From: an uncultured Erythrobacter sp.
GTDB taxonomy: Bacteria; Pseudomonadota; Alphaproteobacteria; Sphingomonadales; Sphingomonadaceae
Direction: 5' to 3'
NCBI GenBank assembly: GCA_947488085.1
Contig: CANKYI010000001.1
Location: forward strand, 1,247,928-1,311,927
Length of the DNA: 64,000 nt
Translations under genes and position numbers: made by a program
Part shown: in pieces, positions 50,762 to 59,532 of the stretch
Numbering within the stretch: the first letter of the stretch is position 1
Layout of the letters: every line of letters starts with the position of its first letter
Notes under the pieces: generated by a model
Seen by the model: the letters and a program-made list of their open reading frames with translations, nothing else
Databases searched by the model: none
What the model was told of the DNA's origin: nothing

Positions 50762-52207
50762 CTATTGAGGGCGACTACCGCCCCCGCCGCCGGAGCCGCC
50801 ACCGCGACCCCTGCCACCGCCGCTGCGTCGCTGACCACCGCCGCCACCAGGACGTCCACCAGGCCTGCCGCCACCACCGCCGGGACGACCCTTGCGTGAG
50901 GAATGCTTGTTACTCGGTTTGCCTGCACCGTCACCGCGCGGTTTGCCGCCGCCTGAGGGTTTTGGCCGGACTTTCTTGCTGGACACACGCGTTTGGCCCC
51001 TTGGTGGAGGCTTGGTTGGGCCCACGCCTTCGACCACTGCGCGAAAATTGTCCGGCAGCGCGAGACGGTCCATGTCAGCGCCCGTGACTTTGCGAATATC
51101 TTTCAGATACGCGCGCTCATCTTCGGCGCAAAAGGCGATAGCGACCCCATCCTTGCCCGCCCGCGCAGTGCGTCCGATGCGGTGGACATATTGCTCGGGC
51201 ACATTGGGAAGCTCATAGTTGATCACATGGCTAACGCCCGGAATGTCGATCCCACGCGCGGCCACATCGGTCGCGATCAGGATCCGGGTCGTACCCCGGC
51301 GAAATTCATCCAGTGCGCGCTGCCGCTGTGGCTGTGATTTGTTGCCATGGATCGCGTTGCTTTCAATCCCGCGCTGACGCAGCTTTTTGACCACCCGGTC
51401 CGCGCCATGTTTGGTGCGCGTAAAGATCAAAATGCGCTCCAGATCGCCTGGAACATTGTGATTACCGGATAGGATCATCTCAAGCAGAGCCTGCTTCTCA
51501 TCCTGTTGCACCATGAACAAATATTGCTCGATCCGCTCCGCCGTCGTGCTCTCAGGCGTGACCGAGACTTGCACAGGGTTCTTGCAATATCCGCTCACCA
51601 ATTCCTTGATCGCTTTGGGCATGGTGGCGCTGAAGAACAGCGTCTGCCGCTCCGGTGGGACAAGCTTGTTGATCGTGCGCAGAGCATGGATAAATCCAAG
51701 GTCGAGCATCTGATCCGCTTCGTCGAGCACCAGCACTTCGACGCCCGAAAGGTTGAATGCTTTTTGATCGATCAGGTCGAGCAACCGGCCCGGCGTCGCG
51801 ATCAAAATATCGGTGCCGCGATGCAGTTTGTTGCGGTCTTTATTGACGGAGGTTCCGCCAACAATGGCCTGCACTTTTAGACCGGCAAGCGCACCATAAT
51901 CCTTAGCACTCGCAGCGATTTGCATCGCCAATTCGCGGGTCGGAGCCAGCACGAGCATGCGGCAGGATTTAAAAGGAATGCGGTTGTCCGATGCGCGCAG
52001 CCGGTCGATGCTGGGCAGCATAAAGGCGGCCGTCTTACCGGTGCCAGTTTGCGCAATGCCCAAAAGGTCGCGGCCATCCAAAACTGGCGGGATAGCCTGT
52101 TCCTGAATCGGGGTTGGTTTGGAATAGCCCTTGAGGTCAAGTGCTTGGAGAACGGGCTGTGAAAGCCCCAAATCTTCGAAATGAAGATCGTCGGAATTTT
52201 GTGTCAT
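50762..52207 (-). CDS. DEAD-box RNA helicase (RhlE-like) with Gly/Arg-rich tail
   Basis: PTPIQ, AQTGTGKT, PTRELA, DEAD, SAT and HRIGRTAR motifs; GGGGGRPGG repeats. Confidence 0.96.
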   Translation of the reverse strand: MTQNSDDLHFEDLGLSQPVLQALDLKGYSKPTPIQEQAIPPVLDGRDLLGIAQTGTGKTAAFMLPSIDRLRASDNRIPFKSCRMLVLAPTRELAMQIAASAKDYGALAGLKVQAIVGGTSVNKDRNKLHRGTDILIATPGRLLDLIDQKAFNLSGVEVLVLDEADQMLDLGFIHALRTINKLVPPERQTLFFSATMPKAIKELVSGYCKNPVQVSVTPESTTAERIEQYLFMVQQDEKQALLEMILSGNHNVPGDLERILIFTRTKHGADRVVKKLRQRGIESNAIHGNKSQPQRQRALDEFRRGTTRILIATDVAARGIDIPGVSHVINYELPNVPEQYVHRIGRTARAGKDGVAIAFCAEDERAYLKDIRKVTGADMDRLALPDNFRAVVEGVGPTKPPPRGQTRVSSKKVRPKPSGGGKPRGDGAGKPSNKHSSRKGRPGGGGGRPGGRPGGGGGQRRSGGGRGRGGGSGGGGGSRPQ

Positions 52208-52408
52208 GCAAACTCGCATAATGTGCGAAGCGCACGCGCAAAAATAGGCGTGCGAACCGCGGGGTTAAAAAACCACCCGCGTGAAATGGGAAGCTGTAGG
52301 GGTTATATTCGAGAAGCTGTCGGGCGGGTAATCAGAGCCGCCGCTTCACGCTGACATCAATGCATCTCGTATACGGCGCCGAATGGGCGCTCTCGCACGG
52401 AATGTCAA

Positions 52409-52831
52409 TCAACGATGCAATTCTCGAATATTGCCATCCTCATTCAGATACATGCTGAAATCGATCTCAAATTCATATGTTCCGACTGTGGGGTTGCCTT
52501 GCGCATCAAGCGCGGGCTCGAAACTCATGTGCCGGACAAATGGCCGGCACATCGCGATCTCCGTCGCCCTAAGCCGAAATTCGCGCGTCAGCTCGCACTT
52601 GGTCACGTTACCATCACTTCCAACGGTAAGGACGTAGCCCAGCTGTTGAGACAAAATCCGTTGCCGTGCCGCCGCGACGCCCAATGAATGTCCACCTTCA
52701 AACGCAACCGGTACGGGCGATTTGGAAAGTCCAGCAGGAGCGGTTTGATCTGCCTGAGCAAGAACCGAAGTCGGCATGATGGCCAGAGTGCACGCTGCCG
52801 TCGAAGCAGCCAAAATCTTAGTGACTTTCAC
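52409..52831 (-). CDS. Exported TonB_C-like domain protein
   Basis: Signal peptide ending VLA; L-V--DG-V--C...C...FEPALD-QG-P motif. Confidence 0.65.
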   Translation of the reverse strand: MKVTKILAASTAACTLAIMPTSVLAQADQTAPAGLSKSPVPVAFEGGHSLGVAAARQRILSQQLGYVLTVGSDGNVTKCELTREFRLRATEIAMCRPFVRHMSFEPALDAQGNPTVGTYEFEIDFSMYLNEDGNIRELHR

Positions 52832-52851
52832 AAACGCTCTCCTTGTCTAAC

Positions 52852-53307
52852 TCAAAGCCGCTCTTGCATTTCCCGGTATGATATACGCGAGCTGTAAATG
52901 CCCTCGACGGCTTTACCGCTTTCATCATGGGCAGGCTCAAACGTGTGATACTCCATCAAGACATCGCAAAGGCGATCTGAAACGCGGCGCAGCCGAAATG
53001 TCTCAGTCAGCTCGCATGCCGTCGCATTGCCTTCGGCATCAACGGTCAAATTGTAAGCGATATGAGAGCGCCAGATGCGCATACGGCGCGAGGTCTTCAT
53101 AAGCTCAAAGTCGCCATCCCACGACACCAATTGCACTGGAGCCGCTTCAACCATTTCTGGTGTGGACGTTTGAGGTGCAGCTGCAGGCATGTCGATCACA
53201 CGTGATGCAATCCGTGCCTGATCGCCCTTAAGCTCGTCCACGGTCAATCCCGCCGGAGTGAGCACAAAGGCAGCCGCAGGTGCGGAAAGGATGGCAAACA
53301 GGTGCAT
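52852..53307 (-). CDS. Exported TonB_C-like domain protein (paralog of the neighbour)
   Basis: LTVDAEGNATACELT--FRLR...LC...FEPAHDESG; start refined to ATG 53307. Confidence 0.65.
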   Translation of the reverse strand: MHLFAILSAPAAAFVLTPAGLTVDELKGDQARIASRVIDMPAAAPQTSTPEMVEAAPVQLVSWDGDFELMKTSRRMRIWRSHIAYNLTVDAEGNATACELTETFRLRRVSDRLCDVLMEYHTFEPAHDESGKAVEGIYSSRISYREMQERL

Positions 53308-53625
53308 GAAAAAGGACCCTTGGATTGAAACAATCGAATTGCGACAGAGCAGCGAAAATACGCACATTTGGCCAAAGTGCAAATGTGACTCGGATGCTGC
53401 GCTGCAGCGCAATTTACATAGCGCACACCGCAATATTGAGTAACACTTGGCTACTTGCACGAATTTAAGCGTCGTGAATCGGGAAAGTCATATTAAGCCG
53501 CACCAATAAAATAACGTGCGGATCTTTCATTTCCCACGGATTGCGCGCGCTTAAGCAAAAGAAGGCTCAACGCGTCGGCGCATTCATCTTTGAATGCCTT
53601 AACCTGAACATAAGTTGAAGCAGCG

Positions 53626-55167
53626 TCAGCTTTGCAATCCCGCTGCTGCCATCAACGCCTTCGTGCTTGGATCAAAATTGCCCTCACCGCTATCGATGGA
53701 TTTTGCCATCGCCTTACCCAATTCTACGCCGAATTGGTCGAAGGGGTTGATACCCATAAGGACAGCCCCCGCAAAAGTGCGGTGTTCGTGGAAAGCGATC
53801 AGCGCGCCCAGTGTCGCCGCATCGCAATCATCCAGCAGGAACATCGCCGATGGCCGGTCGCCGGGATAGTTGCACGCCAGATCATCAGACGCCTTGCCCG
53901 CCATCAACGTCGCCCCTTGCGCGAGGCAGTTCATGAGCAGGCTTTTGTGATGCGCCGGAGCAAGCTCATCCCCTGGTGCGATGCTGGCGATAAAGTCGAC
54001 CGGCACCAGGTGTGTGCCCTGATGCAAAAGCTGGAACACGGCGTGCTGCGCATCGGTCCCCACCCCGCCCCATGTGATCGCGGCTGTCGGCTGATTCACG
54101 GGCTTACCATCGGCAGTCGCGCTCTTGCCGTTAGACTCCATTTCCAGCTGTTGGAGATAATCCGGCAACAGCGCCAGCCGCTCATCATAGGCGAAAACCG
54201 CGCGGGTCTGGCATCCCCGCACACGGGCGTAATAGAGGTCGCCAAAGGCGGCGAGCAAAGGCGCATTGGCGCGGCCATCTGTCTCGCGAAAATGCGTATC
54301 GATCGCCAGCGCCCCTGTCAGGAATGCGCGGAAATCCTCCATCCCTACTGCCAATGCGAGTGGGAAGCCGATGCTCGACCACAGCGAATATCGTCCGCCC
54401 ACGCTTTCGGGAAAGGGCAGAATGCGCGTTTCATCGACGCCCCACTCTACGGCTCCCTCTGGGTTCGCCGTCAACGCGATAACCCGGCCACCGGGATCAT
54501 CGACACCGTTCTCGCTAAGCCATTTGAGCGCACTCGACGCATTGGTCATTGTCTCTGTCGTCGTGAAAGTCTTGGAGGCAATTGCGATCAAAGTCGTTGC
54601 CGGATCGCAGGCGGCGAAGGCTTGCTCTAAAGCGAGGCCATCGATGTTCGACACAACATGCACATTGACCAGTTCGAGGTCACGGGTCAGCGCGTCGACC
54701 GCGAGCTGCGGTCCAAGAGCTGATCCACCGATACCTATATGGATCAGGTGCTTAACCGGGCCCAATGCGCCTTCGTGGATAGCTTCGACCAACATTCCCA
54801 TCCGGGCAAGCAATGCCTCGCCCTCTTCGACATCGGCCTCTGTCCCACTGCCGCGCATTGCACCATGGGTGGCCGCGCGTCCCTCGGTCGGGTTGACAAT
54901 CCCGCCGTCAAACAAAGCAGCACGGCTATCGGCAAAGCCAGTCGCTTCGCACAATTCCTCAAACTCATCGAGCACCGGGTCATCCAGATGCGTCTTCGAC
55001 CAATCGAGCAGCATTCCCAGCGGGCCAAACTCGCCCAGATCAAACTCCAGTCTCTGACTGAGTTTCGCGACCCTTTCGTCATCGCCCGCGAACAATTCGG
55101 CAAGGCTTGGTTGCGGCAGGCCTTTAAGGCGCTCCCATATGGCAGTGATCGTTGCAGTCTTGGTCAT
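53626..55167 (-). CDS. pgi: Glucose-6-phosphate isomerase
   Basis: GIGGSALGP, SKTFTT-ET, GGRYSLWS, LQQLEMESNGK and FDQFGVELGK motifs. Confidence 0.98.
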   Translation of the reverse strand: MTKTATITAIWERLKGLPQPSLAELFAGDDERVAKLSQRLEFDLGEFGPLGMLLDWSKTHLDDPVLDEFEELCEATGFADSRAALFDGGIVNPTEGRAATHGAMRGSGTEADVEEGEALLARMGMLVEAIHEGALGPVKHLIHIGIGGSALGPQLAVDALTRDLELVNVHVVSNIDGLALEQAFAACDPATTLIAIASKTFTTTETMTNASSALKWLSENGVDDPGGRVIALTANPEGAVEWGVDETRILPFPESVGGRYSLWSSIGFPLALAVGMEDFRAFLTGALAIDTHFRETDGRANAPLLAAFGDLYYARVRGCQTRAVFAYDERLALLPDYLQQLEMESNGKSATADGKPVNQPTAAITWGGVGTDAQHAVFQLLHQGTHLVPVDFIASIAPGDELAPAHHKSLLMNCLAQGATLMAGKASDDLACNYPGDRPSAMFLLDDCDAATLGALIAFHEHRTFAGAVLMGINPFDQFGVELGKAMAKSIDSGEGNFDPSTKALMAAAGLQS

Positions 55168-55216
55168 TGGGCAAACCCCTTTGCGCTCAGCTATTGCGCG
55201 AGTAAGGGGAGCGGTG

Positions 55217-56086
55217 ATGGATGTTAAGACCCAATCTGAAAGCGCCGTGGCCACGTCCCCGGATATCGCAGGCTCTGCTGCAACTGCTCCCAAAGCCTCG
55301 GTAGAGGAAAAGGAAAGCGTTGGCAGTTTCCTCTGGTTCCTCGCCAAATTGTTGATCGCCGTGCTGATTTTCCGCAGCTTTGTGTTCTCACCCTTTTCCA
55401 TACCCTCGGAAAGCATGCTTCCGCGATTGATGAATGGCGACTATTTGCTGGCGGCAAAGTGGCCCTATGGCGCATCACAATACTCGCTGCCTTTCAACGC
55501 GCCGCTGATACCGGGCCGCATTTTGGCGAATGAACCTGAACACGGCGATGTCGTCATTTTCAAACACCCAATCGACAAAACCGACTATATCAAGCGGGTA
55601 ATTGGCCTCCCCGGCGACACCGTGGCTCTGGTCGATGGACAGATCATGCTCAATGGGGAATTGGTGGAGCGCGTACCGATCGACGACTTTATCGTTCCGA
55701 TGTCAGTTAACACATCATGCGCATGGGGCGGCGAAGAAACGGAGAATACGACGGGTGAACCGGTGTGCCGTTACACCCGCTTTCGCGAAACCCTGCCAAA
55801 TGGCGTGACTTACGATGTGCTCGATTTCGGCAATGTACCTGCGGACAGCTTTCCACCCAAGGTCATTGCCGAAGGGGAAATGTTCGTCCTCGGCGATAAT
55901 CGCGACAATTCGCGCGACAGTCGCTTTGAAGCGCGCAGCGGAGATGCGGTTGGGATCGTGTCGCAAGACCTGTTGGTGGGAGAGGCTGCAATCATCATGT
56001 GGTCGACCGATGGCAGCGCGGAATGGATCAACCCGATCAGTTGGTTCACCGCAGCACGATGGAACCGGATCGGCGGCACATTGTGA
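55217..56086 (+). CDS. lepB: Signal peptidase I
   Basis: PSESM (Ser), YIKRVIGLPGD (Lys) and GDNRDNSRDSR motifs. Confidence 0.97.
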   Translation: MDVKTQSESAVATSPDIAGSAATAPKASVEEKESVGSFLWFLAKLLIAVLIFRSFVFSPFSIPSESMLPRLMNGDYLLAAKWPYGASQYSLPFNAPLIPGRILANEPEHGDVVIFKHPIDKTDYIKRVIGLPGDTVALVDGQIMLNGELVERVPIDDFIVPMSVNTSCAWGGEETENTTGEPVCRYTRFRETLPNGVTYDVLDFGNVPADSFPPKVIAEGEMFVLGDNRDNSRDSRFEARSGDAVGIVSQDLLVGEAAIIMWSTDGSAEWINPISWFTAARWNRIGGTL

Positions 56087-56784
56087 GCACGCTTAGCCCG
56101 GAAACCCGTCAATGGCTTAACGACACCGGATTTACGGTGAAGAATGAGGCCGTATGGCTTGAGGCGCTGATCCATGGAAGCTTCAACTCCACCCATCTCA
56201 ACGCGAATGGCGCGGATGAGCCAAAGGATTACCAGCGCCTCGAGTTTCTGGGCGACCGGGTGTTGGGCTTATCCGTCGCAAGCTGGTTGTATGGTGCAAG
56301 CAACAGCCATGAGGGCCAACTCTCGCAGCGGCTCAACGCATTGGTAAGCGGCGCAACCTGCGCGCGGATCGCCCGCCAAATCGGTTTGTCGGATCATATC
56401 TTGCTGGGCAAGCAGGCACGCGAAGATGGCGGCGCAGATAGCGATAATATCCTTGGCGATGTGATGGAAGCGGTGATCGGTGCGCACTTCATCGACAATG
56501 GCTATGACAGCGCGCGCGATTGCATTTACCGGCTTTGGGAGAGCGAGCTTGGTGGTGACGCAGGCAAGGCGAAACATCCCAAAAGCGCGCTGCAAGAATG
56601 GGCCGCCGGTAATCGCCGCGCCATGCCACAATATTCAGTAAAGGGCAGATCCGGCCCCGACCACGCGTCACGCTTCACCGTCGAAGTTAGCATCAACAAT
56701 GTCGGTTCGGCTGAGGCCACCGCATCAAGTAAGAGCGAGGCTGAAAAGCTCGCCGCACAAGCGTTTTTGGAGGAATTTGGGTGA
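56083..56784 (+). CDS. rnc: Ribonuclease III
   Basis: RLEFLGDRVL and D--EA-IGA motifs plus a dsRBD; GTGA overlap with lepB. Confidence 0.97.
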   Translation: MSTLSPETRQWLNDTGFTVKNEAVWLEALIHGSFNSTHLNANGADEPKDYQRLEFLGDRVLGLSVASWLYGASNSHEGQLSQRLNALVSGATCARIARQIGLSDHILLGKQAREDGGADSDNILGDVMEAVIGAHFIDNGYDSARDCIYRLWESELGGDAGKAKHPKSALQEWAAGNRRAMPQYSVKGRSGPDHASRFTVEVSINNVGSAEATASSKSEAEKLAAQAFLEEFG

Positions 56785-57689
56785 GTGAAAGTGAAGCGCC
56801 TACGAAGTGCGGCGTAGTAGCCGTGATTGGCGCGCCGAATGCAGGCAAATCAACCTTGGTAAACCAGTTGGTGGGGCAAAAAGTCGCCATCACCAGTGCG
56901 AAAGCACAAACGACCCGAGCCAAAATGTTGGGCATCGCCCTCAATGGTCCGGTGCAAATGATCCTCGTCGACACACCCGGCATCTTTGCTCCGCGCAGAC
57001 GGCTCGATCGGGCCATGGTCAGCGCGGCGTGGGAAGGTGCAGAGGCGGCGGATGCGATCCTCTTGATCGTCGACCCGATTAAGCAACGCCGGCACGAATT
57101 GGAGCCGCTCTTGGAGGCGCTTGAGAAGCGACCCGAGCGCAAGATACTCGTCCTCAACAAGGTTGACCGAGCCAAGAAAGAGCCACTGCTCGCCTTGGCT
57201 CAGGAATTGGGCGAACGGATGGCGTTTGAAGAGATTTACTTCATCTCCGCACTGACCGGCGACGGCGTGGCAGAGATGAAAGACGCGCTCTCTGGTCTGA
57301 TGCCAGAGGGCGTGTGGATGTATCCCGAGGATCAAGTTTCCGACGCCTCAGAGCGGTTGCTCGCCGCAGAGATCACCCGAGAACAACTCTATGCGCAGCT
57401 CCACGAAGAGCTCCCCTACGACACTGCAGTGCGCCCTGAGCAATACAAAACGCGGCCCGACGGCAGTTTGGAAATCCACCAGCAAATCGTCGTCACGCGC
57501 GACAGTCAAAAGCCCATTGTGCTGGGCAAAGGTGGTCAAAAAATCAAAGCCATAGGCGCAGCAGCCCGCGCAGAGTTGTCAGAGATATTGGGCGTAAAAG
57601 TGCACCTATTCCTGCACGTCAAACACTCCGAAGGGTGGAGCGACGACAAAGAAGTATTCGAGGAAATGGGGCTGGATTGGGTGAAGTAA
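56781..57689 (+). CDS. era: GTPase Era
   Basis: GAPNAGKST, QTTR, DTPG, NKVD and KH domain (HEELPY, VLGKGG). Confidence 0.98.
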   Translation: MSESEAPTKCGVVAVIGAPNAGKSTLVNQLVGQKVAITSAKAQTTRAKMLGIALNGPVQMILVDTPGIFAPRRRLDRAMVSAAWEGAEAADAILLIVDPIKQRRHELEPLLEALEKRPERKILVLNKVDRAKKEPLLALAQELGERMAFEEIYFISALTGDGVAEMKDALSGLMPEGVWMYPEDQVSDASERLLAAEITREQLYAQLHEELPYDTAVRPEQYKTRPDGSLEIHQQIVVTRDSQKPIVLGKGGQKIKAIGAAARAELSEILGVKVHLFLHVKHSEGWSDDKEVFEEMGLDWVK

Positions 57690-57889
57690 TAATTCTAGAA
57701 TGATTGACATAGATTAATTTGAATAATTGGGGTTAGTGTTAAAAGATTCATTAAAGCCAAATTCCATTTCAACCTACCTATAGAACTTACCATCTTAACA
57801 AATGAAGTGATGACACATTTTCGTCACCATTTGATTAGAGATTGAACGCCTTGGGCGGATTTTGACTAATGTTAAAGATGGAGAAAGTC

Positions 57890-58105
57890 ATGAAGAAGGT
57901 TTCTTTGATCCTTTTGGCAGCTGCCGGAGCTATCGGGGTGAATGTTGCCCCGGCATCCGCATCAACTTGCTTGGGTGAATACCTTAACGATCTAAATACT
58001 TGCGGCGGCGACACGGCCTGCGCCGTATCGGCATACGGCAGCTATATCCTCTGTCTCGAAGAGAATGGCCAAGGACCCTGCGCGAACGGCGGCTGCGAAA
58101 GCTAG
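57890..58105 (+). CDS. Small secreted cysteine-rich peptide (71 aa, 6 Cys)
   Basis: SD GGAGA, signal peptide ending PASA, mature STCLGEYLNDLNTCGGDTACAVSAYGSYILCLEENGQGPCANGGCES. Confidence 0.7.
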   Translation: MKKVSLILLAAAGAIGVNVAPASASTCLGEYLNDLNTCGGDTACAVSAYGSYILCLEENGQGPCANGGCES

Positions 58106-58243
58106 CCCTGCGTGATTTGGAGCTTGTGCGGTCGCGAACGCACGAGCTCCATTCAAACTGGACAGTTCGGCAGGCGCTAACAACCAACTCAGTAATCCCA
58201 ACGATGCGACGTGAATGCCCGGCCGGTGCATAGTGAAGAGAGC

Positions 58244-58426
58244 TTACCGCTTCTTCGCGATCTTGATCTTTTGCTGTTTCGCAAAGCTCTTGGTCGAATC
58301 CTCACTCCGCCCCAGCGCCTTGGCGATCTGTTTCAGACCCTGACCTTTGGACGCGAGCAAGCGCAAGCGGCTTGCTTCTTCAGCGTTCCACGGTTGTTTG
58401 TGACGTTCAAAATGTTCTTTGCCCAT
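58244..58426 (-). CDS. Small basic Myb/SANT-like HTH protein
   Basis: W--EE---L--L---G-----IA--LGRS pattern; 60 aa, Lys-rich. Confidence 0.65.
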   Translation of the reverse strand: MGKEHFERHKQPWNAEEASRLRLLASKGQGLKQIAKALGRSEDSTKSFAKQQKIKIAKKR

Positions 58427-58468
58427 GACGTATGGACCTAGCCTAGGCGTTCTGCCTTGGCGAGAGCA

Positions 58469-58963
58469 CTATTTTTTGGCGATGCGTTCCAACTTCGCGC
58501 GCAATGCTGCCTCATCGAATGGTTTGACGATGTAGTCATCCGCGCCTGCGCGAATGCCTTTGTTCACATCCGCTGCGGTGCCCTTGGAGGTGCAAAACAC
58601 CACCGTTGGCGGCTTGGGCGTGGGAATTGCGCGCAATTGCGTCACAAATTCCAGACCGTCCATCTCCGGCATGTTCCAATCGGTCAGAATTAAACGCGGC
58701 ATGGCGCGTTTGCACCGAGCGAGCGCCTCTTGGCCGTCTTGCGCCTCAATCGGAACATAGCCGAGGCTGCGCACGATTTTAGAGGACACTTTGCGGATCA
58801 CGCGGCTATCATCAACGATCAGGCACACATTGGCGGCTGCCTGACGGGCTTCATTGATCTTTTCACCGTCGCGCATCGCCTTTGCAGCGCGCACGATGGC
58901 GTCAGTATCGTTCGGATCGGGTTGAGCGCCAAGCGCGTTGCCAACATCATCTGGTGCATTCAC
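58469..58963 (-). CDS. CheY-like response regulator receiver (possibly the C-terminal half of a frameshifted gene)
   Basis: IVDDS, TDWNMPEMDG (phospho-Asp), CTS and KPF motifs. Confidence 0.88.
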   Translation of the reverse strand: MNAPDDVGNALGAQPDPNDTDAIVRAAKAMRDGEKINEARQAAANVCLIVDDSRVIRKVSSKIVRSLGYVPIEAQDGQEALARCKRAMPRLILTDWNMPEMDGLEFVTQLRAIPTPKPPTVVFCTSKGTAADVNKGIRAGADDYIVKPFDEAALRAKLERIAKK

Positions 58964-59085
58964 CTCTTTGCCCTCTGGGACATAAGGTTCGCGCTCACCC
59001 CGGCTCTGTTCATCGGCCAGCTTTTCAGCCAGCGGGTTGCCTTCGAGAGGGGCGGCTTTGCGATGTGGGCCGACATTGCGTTTGA

Positions 59086-59442
59086 TTAGATTTTGAATGG
59101 TTCGGACTCCCCTGCGAGCGAGGCAAAGGCGCCTTCATATTGCAGCCCTTCATCGTGTTCTTGGCCGCGGTCAGTGAAACCGTCGGATAGGTCGCTTGAA
59201 TGTGGAACGGGCGCGTCAGCGGGGACATTCGCGGATTCATCCGGGGTCATGCAGACATGCAAATATGGCATCCAGATGTCGCCATATTCTGCTTTTTGAT
59301 ACCACACATCCAGCACATCATAGCTGGCCCAGATGCCATCAGGTTCGCGCAGTCGCAAACCTTCGCCAATGCGTGGAACTGCGGCAAAGCGAACCCGCTC
59401 TTGCGTTTGGTGAGTCTCGTTCTGGACTTCTATTTCGATCAC
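59086..59442 (-). CDS. Hypothetical protein (possible N-terminal half of the response regulator)
   Basis: Beta-rich N-terminal ~65 aa then an acidic linker; SD AGGGA. Confidence 0.65.
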   Translation of the reverse strand: MIEIEVQNETHQTQERVRFAAVPRIGEGLRLREPDGIWASYDVLDVWYQKAEYGDIWMPYLHVCMTPDESANVPADAPVPHSSDLSDGFTDRGQEHDEGLQYEGAFASLAGESEPFKI

Positions 59443-59532
59443 GGCTCTTTATCCCTGGCTCACAATCGGGATAAGCGACAATCATAAACGAATTGCGAAC
59501 GCGCAGGCGGATCGGGAAATGAGAGCCACGAA

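Noticed and set aside
50770-50900. GC-rich short repeats as a possible CRISPR or tandem array
   Set aside because: They encode the Gly/Arg-rich helicase tail (GGGGGRPGG); there is no repeat-spacer periodicity and no cas genes.
53632-54630. Long antisense ORFs (332 aa opposite pgi; also 22128-23093, 12399-13349, 35823-36758, 42567-43511, 59677-60609)
   Set aside because: Shadow frames typical of GC-rich coding DNA, with no motifs or RBS and fully overlapping well-supported genes.
57704-57760. Sigma70 promoter or CtrA box in the AT-rich islet
   Set aside because: TTGACA (57704) has no -10 at 16-18 bp spacing, and the TTAA pair at 57739/57751 is spaced by 8, not 7.
59086-59100. Canonical programmed -1 frameshift signal at the response-regulator split
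   Set aside because: No X_XXY_YYZ heptamer and no obvious downstream stimulator; a simple indel is more parsimonious (kept as a finding on that basis).
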